Assembly (NCBI GenBank): GCA_035765675.1
Contig: DASTXC010000040.1
Span: 19,369-83,368, forward strand
DNA from: Verrucomicrobiia bacterium
GTDB taxonomy: Bacteria > Verrucomicrobiota > Verrucomicrobiia > Limisphaerales > DASXHY01
Reading direction: 5' to 3'
DNA length: 64,000 nucleotides
This document shows, in pieces, positions 44,639 through 53,647 of this stretch. Position 1 is the stretch's first letter. Every line of letters begins with the position of its first letter. Below the pieces are notes generated by a model. The model was not told the DNA's origin. It did not search any database and saw nothing but the letters and a program-made list of their open reading frames with translations. A program made the position numbers and the translations under genes.

Positions 44639-45520
44639 ATGAGCCGCAGCCAGCCAACGCCCTTGGCGGAGCACCTCGCGAAAACCATTCGCAAAGCGCG
44701 GCATCGCTATTGCAAACGACTGGCGCGCTGCCGAAGAAAACTATCGCAACGGGCGGTGCATGATCTTCGCGTGGAAACCCGGCGGATTCTCGTCCTGCTG
44801 GAACTGCTGTGCCGGTTGGGATTTTTCAAATCGCAAAACCAACTTTCCAAAACGGTTCGCAAACGGCTGAAGGCATTCGGTGATCTGCGCGATGTGCAGG
44901 TGGAACTGGAACTGTTGAATCCGTTCTGGGCGCGATTTCCCAACGCGATTGCTTTCAAGACGCTGCTGGAGCGACGCGAAGAAAAACTCGCAGCGAAGTT
45001 AAGCGCGAAAATTGGCGAACCGAAATTTGCCGCCATAAACGAAGATTTGAAGCGCGTGGAAAAACGGATTTGCAAATCAGCGGCGTTCCAAACGGTCACG
45101 CTTTCCAGAGCGCGCGACGTGCTCGGCGCAGTCTTTTGTGAAGTGGAAGCCTTACGCGAGCAGGTGCGCAGAGAGGATCCAACGAGCATTCATCAGATGC
45201 GCGTCGCATTCAAACGCTTTCGTTATCTGAATGAACTGCTGCAACCCGCGCTGCGCGGCATCACCGATCCATTGTTGGCGCGGATGAAGGACTATCAGCA
45301 AATCGCCGGCGCGGTTCAGGATTTCGAAGTGCTCATCGGCCGGCTCGCGCGCGAAGTGAAACATCGCAAATTAAATCCGGCAAAGATTCGCGATTTACGC
45401 GCCGAACTGTTGCAGAAACGAAAGCAGGCGGTTGAAAAGTTTTTGCAGCGCGTGGATGATTTCAAACAATTTCCAACCTTTCGATTACCGGAACCGCTAA
45501 AGAAAATTCGAAGCCCATGA
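44639..45520 (+). CDS. CHAD domain protein
   Basis: It starts 2 nt after the ppk stop. It is helical, with the CHAD hallmarks VHDLRVETRRIL and IHQMRVAFKRFRY. Confidence 0.85.
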   Translation: MSRSQPTPLAEHLAKTIRKARHRYCKRLARCRRKLSQRAVHDLRVETRRILVLLELLCRLGFFKSQNQLSKTVRKRLKAFGDLRDVQVELELLNPFWARFPNAIAFKTLLERREEKLAAKLSAKIGEPKFAAINEDLKRVEKRICKSAAFQTVTLSRARDVLGAVFCEVEALREQVRREDPTSIHQMRVAFKRFRYLNELLQPALRGITDPLLARMKDYQQIAGAVQDFEVLIGRLAREVKHRKLNPAKIRDLRAELLQKRKQAVEKFLQRVDDFKQFPTFRLPEPLKKIRSP

Positions 45521-46002
45521 AAATTTATATTCTCCGTCACGGTGAAGCCGCGGAACACGGCGATCCGCGCTACAAAGAAAACGAGCGTCCGCTCACCGCG
45601 AAAGGCATTCAGCGCACCAAGCAATTGGCGGAATATCTGGAGGATCTGGAAATCGGGTTCGATCGCATTCTGTCGAGTCCGCTGATCCGCGCCAGGCAAA
45701 CGGCCGAAATTGTTGCCGGAAAACTGCGCAAGCCGGTGGAATTGACCGACGCATTGACGCCGTCGGGAAGCATGAAGGATCTGGTCGATCAGATTGCAGG
45801 ATTGCGTCCGGTGCCGGAAAGCGTGGCGTTGGTGGGGCACGAACCGTATCTGAGCGGATTTATTTCCTTGTTGTGCATCGGCAGTCCGGATTTGCCGATC
45901 AAGCTCAAGAAAGGCGCGCTGTGCCGGCTGGATGTTGAACGGGTGATCAGCGGCAGATGCGCGACGCTGGAATGGCTGATTCAGCCAAGATTGTTGGGAT
46001 GA
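45517..46002 (+). CDS. sixA: SixA-type phosphohistidine phosphatase (histidine phosphatase superfamily branch 1)
   Basis: MKIYILRHGEA (RHG motif), SSPLIRARQT and VGHEP. There is an ATGA start/stop overlap with the CHAD gene. Confidence 0.85.
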   Translation: MKIYILRHGEAAEHGDPRYKENERPLTAKGIQRTKQLAEYLEDLEIGFDRILSSPLIRARQTAEIVAGKLRKPVELTDALTPSGSMKDLVDQIAGLRPVPESVALVGHEPYLSGFISLLCIGSPDLPIKLKKGALCRLDVERVISGRCATLEWLIQPRLLG

Positions 46003-46070
46003 TTCGCGCTCGTAAAAACGCGGCCAAATCCACCTTTACAAGCATTTGATGCTTTGCCACGCTCCAACTC

Positions 46071-46448
46071 ATGTTGAAGAAAATTTTGCCCCTTTTGATT
46101 CTGCCGCTGTTCCTGGCCGGCTGCGCCGCGAACTTCACGAATCTCACGCCCAAACAACAGGTGCGGAATCCCAACAACCTTTACCCGGTGGAAGTCGCTG
46201 TGAATTCGCGCCAGCAAACCATGCGCTGGGACAGCATCAAACCTCAGATCGTTGTGAACGGTGAAATTTATCCGATGCGCCAGACGCCGCTGATGACCAA
46301 TCGTTGGGAAGGGCTGGTTCCCGTTCCCGCCGGTAGCGATTCGGTGAAGTATCAATACAAATTCGATTTCCTGAACAACGCGTTCGGCGGGCCGGTGCCC
46401 AACAGCGCTTCCTCGCGCGAATTCACGCTGCGAATTCTCGAACCGTAA
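46071..46448 (+). CDS. small lipoprotein, function unknown
   Basis: Signal peptide with a lipobox: MLKKILPLLILPLFLAGC. Confidence 0.7.
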   Translation: MLKKILPLLILPLFLAGCAANFTNLTPKQQVRNPNNLYPVEVAVNSRQQTMRWDSIKPQIVVNGEIYPMRQTPLMTNRWEGLVPVPAGSDSVKYQYKFDFLNNAFGGPVPNSASSREFTLRILEP

Positions 46449-46473
46449 AATCGCCGCGCCAATCGCTTTGAAT

Positions 46474-46508
46474 AACCGGCCGGGCTTCCTGGCCGGTTAT
46501 TTCTTTTT
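46474..46508 (+). terminator. rho-independent-type terminator between convergent genes
   Basis: AACCGGCC (46474-46481), a 9-nt loop, then GGCCGGTT (46491-46498), followed by TTTCTTTTT. Confidence 0.6.
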
Positions 46509-47270
46509 GAACAGATCGCCCACGCCTTTGGTGATGTTGCTCACGCTGCTGCCGGTGCTCTTTCCCAGATCTTTCGTCAGACCGGCCGCGTTTTTGGTGA
46601 TGTCGGAGACCGCGGCGTTCGCAGCCTGCACGGCTTTTTGCTCGATCTCCTTCAACACCCGCTGTGTCAGTTCCGCCACCGTGATTCCATCCGGCCCGGT
46701 TCCCAGTTCGCTCAAATGAATTGCGGGAATGATCACGGGAATGGATTTTCCGCCCATGCCGGTAATGCTCACGTTCAACTTCGCGTCGCGAATCAAAAAA
46801 TCATCCACCTGAATTTTCCGCGCCGGGCCTTTTTCCTCGCCCGGAGCTGGCGCGTTCGTTCCGCCGCTGCCGGTGAACTCATCGACGTTCGCCAGGATTT
46901 TGTTGAGATTATTTCCGCCAAAACCGCCTTCGAAAGTGATTTCAGGCGCGATGACTTCGATCTTGTGAATCACCAGTTTGTCGCCCAGAAGGGAAGCCGG
47001 TTTCAAAGAGAGCGTCGCACTGCCAACGGAAATGGCTTGCGGCGTTTTGTAACCTTCGGGATTGCCCACGGAGAGGCCTTTGATCGTGCCGCCGCCGGAC
47101 AGCAATGACAGGCTGACGTTATCAACCGCCACCGTGGTTTTGGTCATCCGCGGCCCGAAGGTTTCCACGCCGCGTTTCACTGCGCTGTCGAGAAAAAGAC
47201 TCATGGCGAGAACCCCCAGGATGATCAGAATCACCAGGCCGATGCCGACTTTCAGGAGAATTTTTTTCAT
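46497..47270 (-). CDS. membrane-anchored AsmA/DUF748-like protein (function unknown)
   Basis: N-terminal anchor MKKILLKVGIGLVILIILGVLAMSL followed by a beta-rich body (VAVDNVSLSLLSGGGTIKGLSVGNPEGY, KIEVIAPEITFEGG). The start is placed at the second ATG (47270); the ORF opens at 47282. Confidence 0.6.
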   Translation of the reverse strand: MKKILLKVGIGLVILIILGVLAMSLFLDSAVKRGVETFGPRMTKTTVAVDNVSLSLLSGGGTIKGLSVGNPEGYKTPQAISVGSATLSLKPASLLGDKLVIHKIEVIAPEITFEGGFGGNNLNKILANVDEFTGSGGTNAPAPGEEKGPARKIQVDDFLIRDAKLNVSITGMGGKSIPVIIPAIHLSELGTGPDGITVAELTQRVLKEIEQKAVQAANAAVSDITKNAAGLTKDLGKSTGSSVSNITKGVGDLFKKK

Positions 47271-47583
47271 GCCGCCATTCAACGCCCGAAGAATGCGTTT
47301 CGCCAGTCAATTTCAAGAAAAGATTTTCAGGAAATAGAGCGTTCAAGAATTCATATTCTGGCTTTATGACGACGGAAAAATTCAAAACATTGAACCTCCA
47401 GGATTCGAAGCGTGGAGCACTGCTTCGCGATTAACGGATTGTTGATTTTCGCGCGGAGCGATGCGTTGCTGTTCGAAGGCGGATTCATGAGAGCGCCGGC
47501 TGGTTTTCCGTTGCGACCTCGGACGGCGGTTCGTAATCTCCCTGCCGCCCGGCCACCCTGAAAATTTCCGCGAGAGAACCGTT

Positions 47584-49221
47584 ATGAAGTCGAAGAAGAA
47601 AGCTCTAAAAAAGAAGATTGCCGCGCTGCCAGCCGTTCGGGTGGTAATGAAAAAAAGCCCGCGTCCTCGCGCCAAAACCGCTTCCAAAATCGAGGTGTCG
47701 AAACCGGTGGAATCCAAACCCGCGAAGCCCGCCAAAGCGAAGGCCGCCGCGCCAAAGAAGTCTGCGATTCTCAAAGCTACCTCCACCAAATCGAAGTCAG
47801 TCACCACTGCTAAAAAAATATCCGTTCGCAAATCCGCGGTTACTGCGGCGGTGAAACCAACCGCAAAAAAGAAAGCGGTCGTGAAAGCGCCGCGCGCGGA
47901 AGTCGCCCGAAAAGCGGTGGCCGAAGCTGTGTCATCGACCGTTCCTCAATCAAGAGCGACCGTTTCGGCAGCGGCGATTCGTGAAGTTTCCAAAAACTTT
48001 TCAGCGGCCACGCCGTCCGCGCCAAAGCGCAAAGCGCCGGAACGAATTCCGCCCATTTTGTTTGAAGGTGACCAGCCAGCGGCGGTTTCAGTCAGCGGCC
48101 CGGGCCAGCGTTATTCGCTGGGGCCGCTTCCGCCATCTGAAAAATTTTCCGCGGAAGGCGAGTTGCCAAAATCCTACGGCACGCAACGCTTGTTTCTCGC
48201 CGCGCGCGATCCGCATTGGCTGTATGCGCATTGGGATTTGACCGACGAACAGCTTCGGAGCTGGAACGCGCGTTCGCGGGATCGGCATTTGTTGCTTCGC
48301 ATTCATGAGGAAAGCGATTCCGCGAAACCGGTTCAGGAAATTCATTTGCACCCGGAATCGCGCCACTGGTTTGTGCCGGTCGCTCGCGCCGGTGTGAAAT
48401 ACGTCGCGGAACTGGGTTGTTACCTCGCCGATGAAAGCTGGACGCGCGTGGCGATTTCCAGCGCAACGCTGACGCCGCCGGACACAATTTCCGCGGATGC
48501 CTCGGCGAATTTCGCGACGATTCCGTTTGAGCTTCCGATGGAAAAATTACTTTCGCTGGTGAAGGAAGCGGTTCAGGAAAACGTCCCGCTTGCACAAGCT
48601 TTGCGAGACGTTCGCGCGGAGGAGTTTTCAGATCTTCCTGAATTTCCCACCGCGGAAAAATCGTCCCCGATTTCGGGCCAGCGAACAGATTGGAGCGTCG
48701 ATCAGGAACGGGCTTTGGCTAAAATCATCAACATGGATCACGTGCGCCGCGTCTGGATGGGATCGCTGGAAATCACGGAATTGATCCGGCGCCAGGCGAT
48801 GCAGGAACTGGTGGCGAACGCCGCTGCCGCTTTGCCTCGCGTCGGCGAGAGCGCGCCCACTTCGCCCGGCGGCGCAATACCGGGAGGTGCGATTTCCAGT
48901 TCGTCGGGCATTGAACAAAAACCGGGAAAAGGGTTCTGGTTCAACGTGAATGCGGAATTGATCATTTATGGCGCGACGGAAGCGGATGCGACGGTGACGA
49001 TTGCGGGACGCAAGATTCGGCTGCGGCCGGATGGATCATTCAGTTATCGCTTCGCATTGCCGGATGGAAACTACGAATTGCCGATTGTGGCGGTTTCGGC
49101 GGATCAAACGGATGGGCGCGCGGCTGAACTCGCGTTCAGCCGAACAACCGAAGTGCGCGGTGACGTGGGAACGCATCCGCAGGATCCGGAACTCAAACGG
49201 CCGGAAGCTGCCAGCGTATGA
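47584..49221 (+). CDS. DUF4912-like protein with Lys/Ala-rich histone-H1-like N-terminal tail
   Basis: The first ~120 aa are K/A/P/S-rich (KSKKKALKKKIAALP...KPAKPAKAKAAAPKK...KPTAKKKAVVKAP). The core contains RLFLAARDPHWLYAHWDL, typical of DUF4912 as I recall it. Confidence 0.7.
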   Translation: MKSKKKALKKKIAALPAVRVVMKKSPRPRAKTASKIEVSKPVESKPAKPAKAKAAAPKKSAILKATSTKSKSVTTAKKISVRKSAVTAAVKPTAKKKAVVKAPRAEVARKAVAEAVSSTVPQSRATVSAAAIREVSKNFSAATPSAPKRKAPERIPPILFEGDQPAAVSVSGPGQRYSLGPLPPSEKFSAEGELPKSYGTQRLFLAARDPHWLYAHWDLTDEQLRSWNARSRDRHLLLRIHEESDSAKPVQEIHLHPESRHWFVPVARAGVKYVAELGCYLADESWTRVAISSATLTPPDTISADASANFATIPFELPMEKLLSLVKEAVQENVPLAQALRDVRAEEFSDLPEFPTAEKSSPISGQRTDWSVDQERALAKIINMDHVRRVWMGSLEITELIRRQAMQELVANAAAALPRVGESAPTSPGGAIPGGAISSSSGIEQKPGKGFWFNVNAELIIYGATEADATVTIAGRKIRLRPDGSFSYRFALPDGNYELPIVAVSADQTDGRAAELAFSRTTEVRGDVGTHPQDPELKRPEAASV

Positions 49222-49637
49222 ACCGCCGGGACGAAGAGCAGTTGCGGTTGCTTACGATTTTTCACTACGTGTGCGCCGGGATGATTGCGCTCTGCGCATG
49301 CGTTCCGATTATTCACATTGCCCTCGGCTTCTCAATGATTCTTCGTCCAGAAGTCTTTGGTCCGGCGCGAAATCAACCGCCTGCGTTTATCGGCTGGATG
49401 TTTATGTTTATTGGCGGACTGATTGTCCTGTTCGGCTGGACGATTGCGGCTTTGCTGGCGGTCGCCGGACGCTGTTTGAGCCAGCGCCGTCATTACACAT
49501 TCTGCCTCGTGGCGGCGGGCGCGGCTTGCCTGTTCATGCCCTTCGGAAGGGTGCTGGGCGTGTTTACGATTGTGGTGCTGACGCGGACGGACGTGAAAAA
49601 TCTTTTCGAGAAAAATGTTCCACCGGCCTATCCATGA
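49218..49637 (+). CDS. integral membrane protein (about 4 TM), function unknown
   Basis: ATGA overlap with the upstream stop. Hydrophobic segments include YVCAGMIALCACVPIIHIALGF, FIGWMFMFIGGLIVLFGWTIAALLAV and LVAAGAACLFMPFGRVLGVFTIVVL. Confidence 0.65.
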   Translation: MNRRDEEQLRLLTIFHYVCAGMIALCACVPIIHIALGFSMILRPEVFGPARNQPPAFIGWMFMFIGGLIVLFGWTIAALLAVAGRCLSQRRHYTFCLVAAGAACLFMPFGRVLGVFTIVVLTRTDVKNLFEKNVPPAYP

Positions 49638-49855
49638 AACGCGCGATTCGCAATTTGATCCGATTTATCGCCGCAGGGTTGATCACATTCGGCGGAATGG
49701 AAATTGGTTTGGAAATCATGCGGCATCGGTTGCAGAACGCCGAAATCGGTGTGCGCCAATGCGTCATCGGATCGGCGCTGATCATCATCGGCGCGATGCT
49801 CCTGGCATTCAGTTCACGGCTGGCAGACCGCCTTTCGGACGATCTGGACGAATGA
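49634..49855 (+). CDS. small membrane protein (2 TM), function unknown
   Basis: ATG 49634 overlaps the upstream TGA (ATGA). Sequence MKRAIRNLIRFIAAGLITFGGMEIG...VIGSALIIIGAMLLAF. It is only the last 73 codons of the long 49001-49855 ORF. Confidence 0.5.
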   Translation: MKRAIRNLIRFIAAGLITFGGMEIGLEIMRHRLQNAEIGVRQCVIGSALIIIGAMLLAFSSRLADRLSDDLDE

Positions 49856-49954
49856 TTCCAACGCGAACAAATATCGATTGCAACCGGAGCGCGGCGGTCA
49901 CCGCGAACCTGCTCCGGTCAAACTGTCCGTTCGACCGCTGATTTTCTAATTCAC

Positions 49955-51529
49955 ATGCAAGGGTATCTCTCGCTTGTTCTGCACGCGCATCTGCCGTTTG
50001 TCCGGCATCCGGAACATCCAAAATTTCTGGAGGAAAGCTGGCTCTTCGAAGCCATCACTGAAACCTACATTCCGCTGCTGCAAATGATTTCCGGCTGGGA
50101 ACGCGACGGCATGGAAACGCGCCTCACGCTCACGCTGACGCCCACGCTGTGTTCGATGTTGCTCGATCCACTGTTGCAGGAACGTTACGAACGGCATCTG
50201 AACGAATTGATCGAACTGGCGGAAAAGGAAGTCCATCGAACGCACTGGGATCGCGCCTTCAACGAACTCGCCGTGATGTATCACGAGCGCTTTCTCGCGA
50301 TTCGAAAAACATTCCTGAACTGCGATCAAAATCTCGTGACTGCGTTTGCCGGTTTTCAGGAACGCCGCCAATTGGAAATCATCACCTGCGCCGCGACCCA
50401 CGCCGTGCTGCCGCTGTTGGCCGGGCATCCACCTTCCATTCGCGCGCAGATTCTGGTGGCCCGCGATCATTATCGCAGTTGCTTCGGCCGCGATCCGCGC
50501 GGCATCTGGCTTCCTGAATGCGCTTATGCCGAGGGCGTGGAAAAATTTTTGCAGGAAGCGAATATCCGTTGGTTCATCACCGACACTCACGGCGTACTTC
50601 ATGCGAATCCGCGTCCGCGTTACGGCGTTTTTGCTCCGATCTTTACGCCGAATGGAATCGCCGCATTTGGCCGCGATCTGGATTCCGCAAAACAGGTCTG
50701 GAGCAAACATGAAGGTTATCCCGGCAACCCGCATTACCGGGATTTCTATCGCGATGTCGGCTTTGATCTGGATTGGGATTATGTGAAGCCGTATCTGCCG
50801 GCGCCGGATCAACGCGGATTCACCGGCTTGAAATATTATCGCATCACCGGCGCCTCATCAGACAAACAGGTTTATCAACGTCACGCCGCACTCCAAACTG
50901 CCGACCATCACGCGCAACATTTCCTCGAAGCGCGCATTGAACAAATTCAGGAACTGGCGGGCATTCTCGATCGTCCTCCGCTGGTGTTGTCCCCTTACGA
51001 TGCCGAACTGTTCGGGCATTGGTGGTACGAAGGGCCGGAGTTTCTGAACTATTTCGTGCGCAAGGCGTGCTTCGATCAGAACATTTTTCAGGTCATCACG
51101 CCGGAGGAATATCTGACACAGTTTCCGTCCAACCAGATTGCGAAGCCCAGCGCGTCAAGCTGGGGCGAGGAAGGATACTGGCGCGTGTGGTTGAACGAAA
51201 CGAACGAATGGATTTATCCGCACCTGCAGATTGCGCAGGAACGAATGACGCGTCTGGCGCAACATTTCGTGGAAACGACGCCTTTGCAGGAACGCGCTTT
51301 GAAACAGGCCGCGCGCGAACTGTTGCTCGCGCAAGCCAGCGACTGGCCGTTCATCCTCCGCGCGGGAACGAGTCCCGATTACGCGCGCAAACGCGTGAAG
51401 GATCATCTGCTGCGCTTCATGGCGTTGCACGATCAGTTGCTGGAAAACGCGGTGAATGAAACGCAGTTGGCGGAGATCGAAAGCCGCGACAATCTTTTTC
51501 CGGAGATTGATTATCGCTACTGGCGGTGA
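49955..51529 (+). CDS. GH57-family alpha-glucan branching enzyme (DUF1957-type)
   Basis: N-terminus GYLSLVLHAHLPFVRHPE...ESWLFEAITETYIPLL, the catalytic-region motif WLPECAY, and YDAELFGHWWYEGPEF. Confidence 0.88.
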   Translation: MQGYLSLVLHAHLPFVRHPEHPKFLEESWLFEAITETYIPLLQMISGWERDGMETRLTLTLTPTLCSMLLDPLLQERYERHLNELIELAEKEVHRTHWDRAFNELAVMYHERFLAIRKTFLNCDQNLVTAFAGFQERRQLEIITCAATHAVLPLLAGHPPSIRAQILVARDHYRSCFGRDPRGIWLPECAYAEGVEKFLQEANIRWFITDTHGVLHANPRPRYGVFAPIFTPNGIAAFGRDLDSAKQVWSKHEGYPGNPHYRDFYRDVGFDLDWDYVKPYLPAPDQRGFTGLKYYRITGASSDKQVYQRHAALQTADHHAQHFLEARIEQIQELAGILDRPPLVLSPYDAELFGHWWYEGPEFLNYFVRKACFDQNIFQVITPEEYLTQFPSNQIAKPSASSWGEEGYWRVWLNETNEWIYPHLQIAQERMTRLAQHFVETTPLQERALKQAARELLLAQASDWPFILRAGTSPDYARKRVKDHLLRFMALHDQLLENAVNETQLAEIESRDNLFPEIDYRYWR

Positions 51530-51533
51530 GAAT

Positions 51534-51573
51534 GGGGAACATTCAACAACCAACATTCAACGTCGAACACACA
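51534..51573. repeat. left copy of the CAACAT/CGAAC-rich repeat that forms an inverted pair with 52011-52064
   Basis: The core AACATTCAACAACCAACAT (51538-51556) is the exact reverse complement of 52039-52057. Confidence 0.75.
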
Positions 51574-51603
51574 ATTTCCGACGCGCGCGGACAGTAAAGT
51601 TTT

Positions 51604-51990
51604 CTACTTTCGACGCTCTGTCGAAGGTTCCCAAATGCTGCCGTCCATCAGGACTTTGACATTCTGAAACTCGAGCCGTCCCGACTGTCGGGCGGTCAGC
51701 ATAATGTTGTAAACCCAATAATCGTAATCCTTCCGCAGATCGATGCTGTCCACCTCCCATGATGCTATGTCCGAATGCTTGGTTTTTAAGCCTTCCATCG
51801 CCGCGATCACGGCGTGGTCAGGCGTCAACGGAATCGCATTCGTCACCTGCCAAACCGGGAGGGTTCGTCCTTTGAGGTCTGCGGGATAATAATACTCGGT
51901 GGTACTTGTCCGGGAGCACGAAACGACGAATAGCAAAACCAATAGCGAAAGCAAGTCTCGCAGATACTTGGCTGATGATTCTAGTTTCAT
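51604..51990 (-). CDS. small lipoprotein, function unknown (lower G+C, bracketed by inverted repeats)
   Basis: Internal ATG (51990) gives MKLESSAKYLRDLLSLLVLLFVVSC with a lipobox. The upstream part of the 160-aa ORF is a translation of the repeat. Two 60-nt stretches I counted are 50% G+C. Confidence 0.65.
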   Translation of the reverse strand: MKLESSAKYLRDLLSLLVLLFVVSCSRTSTTEYYYPADLKGRTLPVWQVTNAIPLTPDHAVIAAMEGLKTKHSDIASWEVDSIDLRKDYDYWVYNIMLTARQSGRLEFQNVKVLMDGSIWEPSTERRK

Positions 51991-52010
51991 GAGAGGCAGC
52001 GATTCGCGAC

Positions 52011-52064
52011 GTGCATTCAATTCGATGTTGAGCGTTCGATGTTGGTTGTTGAATGTTTCTTCCC
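52011..52064. repeat. right (inverted) copy of the CAACAT/CGAAC-rich repeat
   Basis: ATGTTGGTTGTTGAATGTT (52039-52057) is the reverse complement of 51538-51556, with flanking degenerate CGATGTTGAGCGTTCGATG units. Confidence 0.75.
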
Positions 52065-52070
52065 TCAGCC

Positions 52071-52832
52071 CTACCGCGACAGCCATCCGCCATCCACCGC
52101 AACCGTGTATCCCTGCATGTATGCCGAGGCTGCCGAAGCAAGAAACACCACCGCGCCCTGCAAATCCTCCGGCGTTCCCCAGCGTCCGGCAGGAATGCGC
52201 GCGAGAATTTCCGCATTCCGTTTTTCATCCGCGCGCAACGCTGCCGTGTTGTCCGTTTCCATGTAGCCGGGCGCAATGGCATTCACGTTGATTCCGTGGG
52301 GCGCCAGTTCGTTCGCGAGAATGCGCGTCAAACCCATCACCGCGCTTTTGCTGGCGGTGTACGACGGCACGCGAATGCCACCCTGGAACGAAAGCATGGA
52401 TGCGATGTTGATGATCTTTCCGCCGCCGCCTTGTTTCACCACCTGTTTCGCCACCGCTTGGCTGAGAAAAAACAAACTCTTCTGATTGATCTGAATGACG
52501 TCGTCCCAATCCTTTTCAGAAAATTCCAGTAACGGCGCGCGGCGAATGGTCCCGGCGTTGTTCACGAGAATGTCAACGCGGCCCAGCCCGGCCAGTGTTT
52601 CGCGCAGAATGGTTTCGACCGCATTCGCTTCGAGCAGGTTGGCTTTGATCTGAACCGCGCGGCGGCCCAACGTTTGGATTTTCTTCGCGGTTTCTTCAGT
52701 AGAACTCGACGCCACCAACGCAACATCCGCGCCGGCTTCCGCCAAACCGATCGCCATGCTTTGTCCCAGACCGCGGCTCGCACCGGTGACGATGGCGACT
52801 TTTCCGTTCAGTTTGAATTGATCGAGAATCAT
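52071..52832 (-). CDS. kduD: 2-dehydro-3-deoxy-D-gluconate 5-dehydrogenase (SDR family)
   Basis: Near-collinear with E. coli KduD as I recall it: GKVAIVTGASRGLGQ, FSEKDWDDV, GGKIINIASMLSFQGGIRVPSYTASKSAVMGLTR, NVNAIAPGYM, RIPAGRWG, GYTVAVDGGWL. Confidence 0.85.
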   Translation of the reverse strand: MILDQFKLNGKVAIVTGASRGLGQSMAIGLAEAGADVALVASSSTEETAKKIQTLGRRAVQIKANLLEANAVETILRETLAGLGRVDILVNNAGTIRRAPLLEFSEKDWDDVIQINQKSLFFLSQAVAKQVVKQGGGGKIINIASMLSFQGGIRVPSYTASKSAVMGLTRILANELAPHGINVNAIAPGYMETDNTAALRADEKRNAEILARIPAGRWGTPEDLQGAVVFLASAASAYMQGYTVAVDGGWLSR

Positions 52833-52860
52833 AAATCTATTTTTCGCAAATCATCCGATT

Positions 52861-53550
52861 TCAGAAACAGAAAATCGTCAGCTTTTTCGGCCCGTGCGCG
52901 CCCAGCACCAAAATGCGTTCAATGTCGCCGGTGCGGCTGGGACCGGTGATAAACGAAATCATGCTCGGATAATTGTCGCGATACTTCTGCTTCAAAAATT
53001 GAAACGCCGACGGCAGATCGCGCAGTAGTTGATCGCGTCGCGCGAGAACCACGTGATGCGGCGGCAGCACCGAAAGCGCGCGTCCGCCGGAGCTGCGATT
53101 CGTCACCAGCACACTGCCGGTTTGCGCGATGAGCGCTTCGCATTCCGTGATTCCAGCATCGCAACGTTCGAGTTCGTTCACGTCGTAATCGCGATCCGTG
53201 AAACAAGCGGGCAATTCCAAAATACTCGTCACGTTATCAGTCAAAGCCCCAGCGTGAGTTGCGATGGTTTTCCAGCCTTCCGCATCACGCAGCTTTAACA
53301 ATTCTCCGGCAACTTCCTCCTGGCTGTTCAGCAAACGAAAATCGGTTTTCAGATCAGCCGAGTTCGCCGCAAAACGCGCCATTTGATCTTCGATGGAATC
53401 GCCCGCAGCCGGAAGCCATTCGTTCGCGTGGCCGGAATGCGCGGTGCCCACTTTCGCGTGATGCGACGGCCCGTGATGTTGTCCGGGCAACGGCGCGGGA
53501 ACCGTCAGCGCTTCCCGAATACGAGCGAAGATTTTTTCACGTTCGGTCAT
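52861..53550 (-). CDS. lutC: LUD-domain lactate utilization protein C (LutC/YkgG)
   Basis: 229 aa, placed immediately downstream of lutB. The sequence is LutC-like: REKIFARIREAL...GITECEALIAQTGSVLV...LSVLPPHHVVL...GPSRTGDIE. Confidence 0.75.
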   Translation of the reverse strand: MTEREKIFARIREALTVPAPLPGQHHGPSHHAKVGTAHSGHANEWLPAAGDSIEDQMARFAANSADLKTDFRLLNSQEEVAGELLKLRDAEGWKTIATHAGALTDNVTSILELPACFTDRDYDVNELERCDAGITECEALIAQTGSVLVTNRSSGGRALSVLPPHHVVLARRDQLLRDLPSAFQFLKQKYRDNYPSMISFITGPSRTGDIERILVLGAHGPKKLTIFCF

Positions 53551-53561
53551 TGAAATTTACA

Positions 53562-53621
53562 GAAGAAAACAAAGAGAACGAAGTGAGGTTGGATAACAAG
53601 ATCCGTTCTTTGTTGTCTTCG
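53562..53621. repeat. imperfect hairpin (REP-like) in the lutB-lutC spacer
   Basis: GAAGAAAACAAAGAGAACG (53562-53580) pairs with CCGTTCTTTGTTGTCTTCG (53603-53621), with one mismatch and one indel. Confidence 0.5.
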
Positions 53622-53647
53622 TTTCCTTCTGTTAATGAGTTGCCGTT

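Noticed and set aside
47382-47831. A 149-aa minus-strand ORF overlapping the start of the DUF4912-like gene.
   Set aside because: It is the antisense reading of the Lys/Ala-rich tail (Phe/Ala/Leu-rich) and has no independent support.
49001-49633. A long 284-aa ORF overlapping the end of the DUF4912-like gene and the whole 49218-49637 membrane-protein gene.
   Set aside because: Its N-terminal 210 aa are Arg/Cys-rich out-of-frame translation. Only the last 73 codons, from ATG 49634, look like a real two-TM protein.
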